A stretch of 41,465 nt of DNA, from NCBI GenBank assembly GCA_045593945.1, contig JAZNXQ010000256.1, positions 1 to 41,465 on the forward strand. Reading direction: 5' to 3'. Within the stretch, counting starts at the first letter, position 1. Each line of letters begins with the position of its first letter. The notes beneath the pieces are model-generated. The model saw only the letters and a list, made by a program, of their open reading frames with translations, did no database searches and was not told the DNA's origin. The DNA is from Lachnospiraceae bacterium (lineage in GTDB: Bacteria > Bacillota > Clostridia > Lachnospirales > Lachnospiraceae). Positions 31,346 through 37,524 of the stretch are shown here, in pieces. Both the position numbers and the translations under genes were made by a program.

Positions 31346-32039
31346 AGTACTTTTTCCGGAGGTTTGTAACTTATACGGAGATATGGGCAATATCCAGTAT
31401 TTAAAATACTGTTATCCTGATGCCGAGTTTATTGAGACGGCACTTACCGAGACACCGGCATTTGCTACGTCCAAAGTGGATATGATATATCTTGGTTCAA
31501 TGACTGAAAGGCTTCAGGAAAAGGTTGTTGCCAAACTTAGCGAATATAAGGCCGAGTTTTCGGCATGTATAGATGACGGAACGGTTATATTGTTTACCGG
31601 CAATGCATATGAGCTTATGGGGGCGCATATAGAGGATGACGGCCGTAAAATACCTTGTCTTGGCTTCTTTGATTATTATGCCAAGCGAGATATGATGAAT
31701 CGTCATTTTAGCATAATCCTTGCTGAATTTGAGGGTATGGAGCTCGTTGGTTTTAAGGATCAGTTTACCATGTCCTATAATAATTCTGATGACACAGCTT
31801 TTATGAAAATTGTAAAAGGAGAGGGTTGGCATGACGGTGCCGCATTTGAAGGTGTGCGCAAAAATAACTTTTTTGGAACATACCTCCTCGGACCGTTTCT
31901 TATAATGAATCCGGGCTTTACCAAATATTTGATGAAGTTATTGGGAGACAATGAGCCGCAACTTGCTTTTGATGAAGCTATTACCGCGGCATATGAGAAA
32001 AGATTATATGAGTTTAAGACAAAATCAGTAATAAAATAA
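31332..32039 (+). CDS. gatD: GatD-like CobB/CobQ-type amidotransferase partner of MurT (apparently lacking catalytic Cys and His)
   Basis: N-terminal FPEVCNLYGDMGNIQYL and C-terminal GTYLLGPFLIMNP align to the GatD family. The nucleophile position reads TGNAYELMG rather than xCGGYQxxG. Confidence 0.75.
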   Translation: MLRIEVLFPEVCNLYGDMGNIQYLKYCYPDAEFIETALTETPAFATSKVDMIYLGSMTERLQEKVVAKLSEYKAEFSACIDDGTVILFTGNAYELMGAHIEDDGRKIPCLGFFDYYAKRDMMNRHFSIILAEFEGMELVGFKDQFTMSYNNSDDTAFMKIVKGEGWHDGAAFEGVRKNNFFGTYLLGPFLIMNPGFTKYLMKLLGDNEPQLAFDEAITAAYEKRLYEFKTKSVIK

Positions 32040-32041
32040 TG

Positions 32042-32072
32042 AAAGGCAGTTCATATCGAACTGCCTTTTGCT
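32042..32072. terminator. Bidirectional terminator between gatD and the bactofilin gene
   Basis: aaaggcagttc-atatc-gaactgcctttt perfect stem, with A and T flanks. Confidence 0.7.
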
Positions 32073-32083
32073 TTGCAAAAATA

Positions 32084-32461
32084 TTAATCTAAATATTCGC
32101 TGGAAGCTGACTGCGGAGAACGCATCGTACATGTTCCGTTGAGTATTGCGCCTTCATCTGCTATGAGGTTACCGCAAATAATACTTCCCTGAATGTTGCC
32201 GCTATGCGCAAGTTGGATGGTCTGCATGATGTCAAGGTTGCCTTCTACGATTCCGCAAACATATGCAAATTCAGCAGAAATATTACCTTTAACATAACCT
32301 GTTCCACCTATAACAATGCTTGAAGAACATTCAATGTCTCCAACAAATTTACCTGTAATTTTGATGGGTTCGGTGCTTTTTAAAAGTGCTACGGATAATT
32401 CGGTAGCATCACCGATAATTGTTCCGGGTTTGTCAAAATTGGGTTTCTTGATTTTTTTCAT
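32084..32461 (-). CDS. Bactofilin (polymer-forming cytoskeletal protein, DUF583)
   Basis: 125 aa of repetitive beta-helix pattern (ITGKFVGDIECSSSIVIGGTGYVKGNISAEFAYVCGIVEGNLDIMQTIQLAHSGNIQGSIICGNLIADEGAILNG). Confidence 0.85.
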   Translation of the reverse strand: MKKIKKPNFDKPGTIIGDATELSVALLKSTEPIKITGKFVGDIECSSSIVIGGTGYVKGNISAEFAYVCGIVEGNLDIMQTIQLAHSGNIQGSIICGNLIADEGAILNGTCTMRSPQSASSEYLD

Positions 32462-32478
32462 GTAATAATCCTCGTAAA

Positions 32479-33540
32479 TTAATCTAAATAATCAGCGGGG
32501 TCAACTTTCTCACCATTAACTAAGACTTCGTAGTGAAGATGTACGGCAGTACTTCTTCCTGTTCGTCCTGCAAGAGCAATGCAATCACCCTTGGAAACGG
32601 TCTCACCTTTTTTGAATAAAAGCTTCGTGCAATGTGCATATCGTGTAGAATATCCATAACCATGGTCGATTACGATGGTATAACCATAACCGGTTACGTA
32701 ACCGGAAGAAATAACTGTTCCGGAGGCTGTAGCATACAATTCCTGCTTGTACTTGGCAGCAAAATCAATTCCGTAGTGGAATTCTTTGCCTTTGCCGGTA
32801 ATGGGATTGGTTCTGTAGCCGTAAGGACAGGTTATTCTTGAGTCCTTAATAGGCCAGCCACTCGGTACAGATTCTATGTAAGGTACGTAAACATCAGTCA
32901 TCTCGGCTAAGGTGTTCATCGCCTGATAGTTCTCATCTAAAACAGTCTCTAATGAATTGAGCAATGATAAAATATCAGCATACTGTTTATCAAAGTCATC
33001 CAATGCCGACAAATAAGTGCTCGAGCTGCTTGATGAAGATAAAGGTGAAGATGAATTACCTACATCATAAGGGGTCTTACTTGCAGTAGTGTCTGAAGAG
33101 TAAATCTCGTCGGGAGCTTCGTTAAGCTTCTCGTAAATTGAATCACGTATTGCTTCAAGATTCTCAATCTTACTGAGTATCTCCTGAGTCTGACCCTCAA
33201 GTATATTAAGTTGTGCTTCTTTTTCTTCAATTGAACCGAGTAACTCATTAATGATAATATTCTTCTCAGACAATACGGCTTCAACAGAGGATTTCTCGGC
33301 TTCAACAAGCTTCTTCTGGTCCTGTACATATGAGATGTTCTGTTCCAAAGTATTAACGCGGTTCGTAAAGTTAGTATACACTGAACCAATGTAAAATCCG
33401 GCCACCAAAAGAAGTACCATAAATAATGGGAATATTACTTTGGGAATACGGAAATTTCTGCCTGAAGAAGAAGTTCTCGTAGTAACCATAAGTGATATGT
33501 AGCGGTCGGACTTAACGGAGTGTATCTTTGGCTTACGCAT
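32479..33540 (-). CDS. Membrane-anchored coiled-coil M23 (LytM) endopeptidase
   Basis: TM helix (VIFPLFMVLLLVAGFYIG), coiled coil, a Ser-rich linker, and an M23 domain with FHYGID and HLHYEV. The ATG at 33540 is preferred because a predicted promoter -10 (33606-33611) places the start site at or below the TTG at 33600. Confidence 0.8.
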   Translation of the reverse strand: MRKPKIHSVKSDRYISLMVTTRTSSSGRNFRIPKVIFPLFMVLLLVAGFYIGSVYTNFTNRVNTLEQNISYVQDQKKLVEAEKSSVEAVLSEKNIIINELLGSIEEKEAQLNILEGQTQEILSKIENLEAIRDSIYEKLNEAPDEIYSSDTTASKTPYDVGNSSSPLSSSSSSSTYLSALDDFDKQYADILSLLNSLETVLDENYQAMNTLAEMTDVYVPYIESVPSGWPIKDSRITCPYGYRTNPITGKGKEFHYGIDFAAKYKQELYATASGTVISSGYVTGYGYTIVIDHGYGYSTRYAHCTKLLFKKGETVSKGDCIALAGRTGRSTAVHLHYEVLVNGEKVDPADYLD

Positions 33541-33605
33541 TGAAACACACGCCTTTCCGTTTTCTAGTATTAATTTCCTATATCGTGATATAAGAGGCAA
33601 ACTCT

Positions 33606-33634
33606 ATTATAATAAAATATGACGGGAAAAGCAA
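33606..33634 (-). promoter_or_regulatory. Putative promoter of the M23-bactofilin operon
   Basis: Minus strand TTGCTT (33629-33634), 17-nt spacer, TATAAT (33606-33611). Confidence 0.5.
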
Positions 33635-33671
33635 GGGTAAAATTACTTTTTTTGGTCAAATTTACATATGG

Positions 33672-33716
33672 AAAAATGCACCACAAACATCATGTGTAAC
33701 ATTTGTGGTGCATTTT
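33672..33716 (-). terminator. Terminator after the ABC exporter gene
   Basis: aaaaatgcaccacaaa ... tttgtggtgcatttt: a 13-bp stem with a 14-nt loop and flanking A/T runs, starting 2 nt past the stop codon. Confidence 0.65.
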
Positions 33717-33717
33717 G

Positions 33718-35496
33718 TTATCCGTGTATTAAATCATTGATTTCATTCGTGCCTAAAAGCCTGCATTGCTTATTGCTTATGCTGTAAACTCTTGTACAAA
33801 TATTAAGGACTGTGGGCCTGTGGGTTGTAACGATGGTAGTTCTCGGATATTGGTCATCCATAATATTTTTGAGAACCTGTCGTTCGGTCATAATATCAAG
33901 TGCCGAGGTGGCCTCATCAAGAAGAAGAATTGGTGAGCGCCTGAGTAAAGCTCTTGCGATGGAAAGACGTTGTGCCTGACCTTCGGAAAAACCGCCGCCA
34001 CGTTCTTTGATTTCGGTATTGATGCCATCAGGAAGTTTTTCAACAAAATTCCAAGCACAGGCAATCTTTAATGCCTCTATGATTTCTTCATCAGAAGCAT
34101 CTTCTTTTACGTTACGCATGTTGTCAGCAATTGTTCCGGAAAACATAGTGTTGCCTTGCGGAACATATGCAAAAAGCTGACGGGTGGATGCTGTCAGATC
34201 CATGCAGGGTTTGCCGTTTTCAGGTGTACCGTCTCCTGCACATATGAAACCTGCTCCTTCTTTTGCGCGGATAATTGATAGAATAAGTCGTAACATGGTC
34301 GTTTTGCCTTCGCCTGACGGACCGACAAGCGCAATCACTTCATGCGGGTGGGCATCGAAGGTTGCATTTTCAAAAACCTCTGTACCTGTTGCGTATGTAT
34401 ATGCGGCATTGCGGATGCTAAGGCCGATACCGACATTTTTATTGTTCTCAAAGAATTGCGCTACGTCGTCTTTTTGCGAGTAGTCTTCTTTGGGGAGAGA
34501 GAGAATACCCATTAGACGTTTGGCGGCATTTGTGAGCATTATTGTATTGGGAATAAAACTAATTAAATTATCTACGGATGAACTGAGTGTAGCTGAGAGT
34601 GCCAAAAACATTGTCATGGCACCGTATGTAATATCACCGTTCCAAACCTTATAAATTCCCCAACCGTAAGAGGAATATGTTACAAGTAAAGAAACTAGAG
34701 TAAGCACAAAACTGTTTAAAATTGAAGCTCGTTGATATTTCATACGAACATCGCTGTATTGCTTTTGTAAAATACGAAGTCTGTTTGAATAAAGTGGAAT
34801 CATATCAAAAGCTTTTACGGTATGTATATTAGAGAATGTTTCCTGGTTAAAGGTCGACAATTTTGTCCCGAGGGTCATGCTTTGCATATTATCTTTACGC
34901 ATTTTCTTAAGAGAAGCTTTGGATGCATAGATGCTTAAGGGAATGCTTATAAGAGCAAATATAGCAAAGGAAGCATCGTTGTACAAAACCATAATGAGCG
35001 CTGAAAAAAAGCGAAACAGATAAATTATAAGATTGGGAAGCATATTAAGTATTCCTGATGAAATATAACTTGCATCTCCGTTCCATCTGACAAGCAAATC
35101 GCCTGAATGAAATCTTGATAAAGATTCCCAGTCGGTTATAAGTATCTCGTCAAAAATCTGAGCCTTAATGTTATTATCGATTTTTATACTTATTCTGGTG
35201 GAAATATAATTAGAAATCTGGGTTATCAAAGTGCTGCCCAGTGTCATTCCAATCATTGCACAAAAAGTTGAAATAAGTTTGCCGGTATTATGCCCTGTTA
35301 TAATATCTACAAGGTCTCTTGAGACTAGGCTTCCGAGCAAGGTTATTAGCGTGCTTGAAAGTCCTAGGAGTGTATAAATACCGATAAAAAGATAGTATTT
35401 CTTTGCGTATTTATAAATCCATACAAGTTGAGAATATATTTCCTTGAGGCGTCCTTGCTTAATTCGAGTGATATAATGTTTGAGTTTTGATAACAT
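33718..35496 (-). CDS. ABC exporter, fused permease + ATPase (type I exporter; no C39 peptidase domain)
   Basis: 592 aa. Six predicted TM helices are followed by an NBD with GPSGEGKTT, FSEGQAQRLSIARA and ILLLDEATSALD. RBS GGAGGA. Confidence 0.88.
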   Translation of the reverse strand: MLSKLKHYITRIKQGRLKEIYSQLVWIYKYAKKYYLFIGIYTLLGLSSTLITLLGSLVSRDLVDIITGHNTGKLISTFCAMIGMTLGSTLITQISNYISTRISIKIDNNIKAQIFDEILITDWESLSRFHSGDLLVRWNGDASYISSGILNMLPNLIIYLFRFFSALIMVLYNDASFAIFALISIPLSIYASKASLKKMRKDNMQSMTLGTKLSTFNQETFSNIHTVKAFDMIPLYSNRLRILQKQYSDVRMKYQRASILNSFVLTLVSLLVTYSSYGWGIYKVWNGDITYGAMTMFLALSATLSSSVDNLISFIPNTIMLTNAAKRLMGILSLPKEDYSQKDDVAQFFENNKNVGIGLSIRNAAYTYATGTEVFENATFDAHPHEVIALVGPSGEGKTTMLRLILSIIRAKEGAGFICAGDGTPENGKPCMDLTASTRQLFAYVPQGNTMFSGTIADNMRNVKEDASDEEIIEALKIACAWNFVEKLPDGINTEIKERGGGFSEGQAQRLSIARALLRRSPILLLDEATSALDIMTERQVLKNIMDDQYPRTTIVTTHRPTVLNICTRVYSISNKQCRLLGTNEINDLIHG

Positions 35497-35513
35497 ATCT
35501 TATCCTCCGATAG

Positions 35514-35543
35514 AAAAATGCACCACTACCATAGTGGTGCATT
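35514..35543 (-). terminator. Intra-operon (attenuating) terminator between the 165-aa gene and the ABC exporter
   Basis: The minus strand reads aatgcaccactatggtagtggtgcattttt: a 10-11-bp stem, 4-nt loop and T5. The exporter RBS follows immediately. Confidence 0.65.
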
Positions 35544-35569
35544 AAAAATTATATCATGATATTGACTAT

Positions 35570-36067
35570 TTAGCTACAAAAATAACATTCAAGTTCGCAA
35601 TAATATTTGGTTGCATTATCTGCACCGATTGCACCATGCAATGGATTGCCGGCTGCATCATATGTAGGTGTGGAAGTAACTATCTCAAAATTAAAACCAA
35701 TATTATCATTGGCATTAAAGTGATTATTACGGGTTAAAGAAAACAATCGGGAATTATAATTAGTAATAATACAACCGCTTGCATTTTTTACTTCTACAAT
35801 ATCGAAATTTGTTTTAATAAATATAACAAGTGATTCGCCACTATGATTGCCATTGTGTTCGGCAAAGACATGACATACGGAGTGTCCGCCGTTGTTATGT
35901 CCGGTCCAAGTAAATTTCCAATTTACCCAACATTTCTGATCTTCATAAGCGGGAGGTGTCTCCGGCTGACCGGGATTCGGTGAAGAACCACTTCCTGCAT
36001 AAATTGCTTCTTTTGTATCATTAATATCAAGATCTAATATTTCTGCATAAAATTTATTTTCGCTCAT
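35570..36067 (-). CDS. Hypothetical 165-aa Cys/His-rich protein with leader-peptide-like N-terminus (candidate substrate/precursor)
   Basis: The ATG at 36067 lies 8 nt after AGGAGAG; the track GTG at 36076 abuts that RBS. The N-terminus MSENKFYAEILDLDINDTKEAIYAGSG is acidic and is not a Sec signal. A Pro/Gly linker follows, then a His-rich beta-type domain and a C-terminal CELECYFCS. Confidence 0.6.
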   Translation of the reverse strand: MSENKFYAEILDLDINDTKEAIYAGSGSSPNPGQPETPPAYEDQKCWVNWKFTWTGHNNGGHSVCHVFAEHNGNHSGESLVIFIKTNFDIVEVKNASGCIITNYNSRLFSLTRNNHFNANDNIGFNFEIVTSTPTYDAAGNPLHGAIGADNATKYYCELECYFCS

Positions 36068-36099
36068 TACAAACACTCTCCTAGTCTAATTATATCTGC

Positions 36100-36128
36100 A
36101 TTATAAGATTTTGCCTGTTACCTGTCAA
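36100..36128 (-). promoter_or_regulatory. Consensus sigma-A promoter dedicated to the 165-aa gene
   Basis: Minus strand TTGACA (36123-36128), exactly 17 nt, TATAAT (36100-36105), in the 88-nt gap after the upstream gene. Confidence 0.65.
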
Positions 36129-36155
36129 GGCTATCGACATTTTCTAACATAATTG

Positions 36156-37316
36156 TTAGCTTTTGTCTATGTATGAATCAATTACATTCCGTATATAAAA
36201 TACTGCGGTTTCGGTTGGAATTGCGTTAAAACGGCATACAAGTATATCGGGGTAAACTAAGTTTATAATATTAAAAATAGTTTCCTGCATATCATATGTC
36301 CATGAAGGAGAAATATTCCTGTGTAAAAGATAGAGAAGTTTCTGCTCATCTGTGAGAGATACAAATTCATTATCTTTTCCTTGCTGTAAAAGAATAATTC
36401 CGCCCAAAGGATAAGAAAATGTAGTGGATATTCCGGAAGTTCCGCACCATGGAATTCCATGGATCACAGGTGAGTTATCATTTATATCGATTAAGTTTAC
36501 GTCACCATTTAAGATAGGAATATTCAAAACAGAGTTCCATAGGTCAGTGTGGGTTGACTTGCCGACACCGGATGCTGCCGAAAACAGCCATGCATTATCT
36601 CTGTAAAGTATTGAAGCAGAATGTATGGCAAACATATTGTGAAGCCCGGCAAAGTATAGGAAAAGAATTTGCATAACTGAGAAGCTTTCCTGTTTACACT
36701 CTTCAGTCTGAGAATGTTTGCAAAGAATGGTGGCTTCTTTGCCGTCATGGCTTAAGTGTGCTTCCGTAATATATTTGAAAGCTGGAAATAATAAGCAATA
36801 TCCGGAGGTATTCTCAAGAATACAAAGCTCTTTGTTTTGTAAAATTAATTTGCCATTCTTGTTATATGGCTGCGTTTTGGTTTGTATGGAAATGCTTTGT
36901 GTAAGTTCAGATTCAAAAGAATCATCTGTTGTCTCAAATGCAAATAGTTTGTCGGAAAAACATTCTCTGTCGCCATATAATTTAATAAACAAACCAGCTA
37001 TCTTGAGGACTGCGCAAGGCGAGTCGTGCATGTCATAATCTTCGGGTAATAAAAGTTTTTGGTGGCGGAGTGCCGCAACAAATTTATGAATTGAATCTGC
37101 AATGTTGTCATAATCTTCTTTGGGACAATTATGTTCAGTTATATAAAGCGTTACCAATTCCTCTTCTGAAGAAACTGTTTCTAGTGCGTTCCACAAGAAC
37201 AGGCTGGTGTCATTCAAACGCAAATCATGCCCAAAGTCTGCTAATGCCTGCCCAAATGCAATCAGATAAGGCGTTCCGGATATAAATTTAAGTTGATAAT
37301 GGGGATTACGCTTCAT
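36156..37316 (-). CDS. PqqD-like (RRE) domain fused to an HPr-kinase-C-like P-loop domain
   Basis: Residues about 1-92 fit the PqqD pattern (LRLNDTSLFLWNALETVSSEEELVTLYITEH...IHKFVAALRHQKLLL). Residues about 225-330 carry HSASILYRDNAWLFSAASGVGKSTHTDLW...NGDVNLID, resembling HprK-C / RiPP-associated HprK-related kinases. The start is ATG 37316 or GTG 37325. Confidence 0.65.
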   Translation of the reverse strand: MKRNPHYQLKFISGTPYLIAFGQALADFGHDLRLNDTSLFLWNALETVSSEEELVTLYITEHNCPKEDYDNIADSIHKFVAALRHQKLLLPEDYDMHDSPCAVLKIAGLFIKLYGDRECFSDKLFAFETTDDSFESELTQSISIQTKTQPYNKNGKLILQNKELCILENTSGYCLLFPAFKYITEAHLSHDGKEATILCKHSQTEECKQESFSVMQILFLYFAGLHNMFAIHSASILYRDNAWLFSAASGVGKSTHTDLWNSVLNIPILNGDVNLIDINDNSPVIHGIPWCGTSGISTTFSYPLGGIILLQQGKDNEFVSLTDEQKLLYLLHRNISPSWTYDMQETIFNIINLVYPDILVCRFNAIPTETAVFYIRNVIDSYIDKS

Positions 37317-37361
37317 TGGTATCACCGCTTTCTGCTTTATTGAATGACAATTCTTAATTAT

Positions 37362-37390
37362 ATTATACTATTTTTTTATAATTAAGGCAA
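37362..37390 (-). promoter_or_regulatory. Putative promoter of the PqqD-kinase cassette
   Basis: Minus strand TTGCCT (37385-37390), 17-nt spacer, TATAAT (37362-37367). Confidence 0.5.
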
Positions 37391-37524
37391 CCTATAATAC
37401 GCGAGGGATTATGGGAAACACTAATTTACCACAATAAATATCTATAAAAAATCTCGTATTATTTTTTTTTGATTTATGGGAAAATAATTATAATCGGAGA
37501 TTTTCTACATAAACGGAGGAAATT

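Noticed and set aside
35573-35599. CxxxCxxC at the C-terminus of the 165-aa protein, considered as a radical-SAM cluster motif
   Set aside because: The motif sits in the last 9 residues of a small protein with no TIM-barrel or SAM-binding context. It is more plausibly a modification or metal site than an enzyme cluster.
33601-37524. Mobile-element hallmarks around the AT-rich cassette (integrase, transposase, tRNA attachment site, long terminal repeats)
   Set aside because: None were found by reading both strands. The only repeats are the two similar terminator stems, so I do not call a mobile element.
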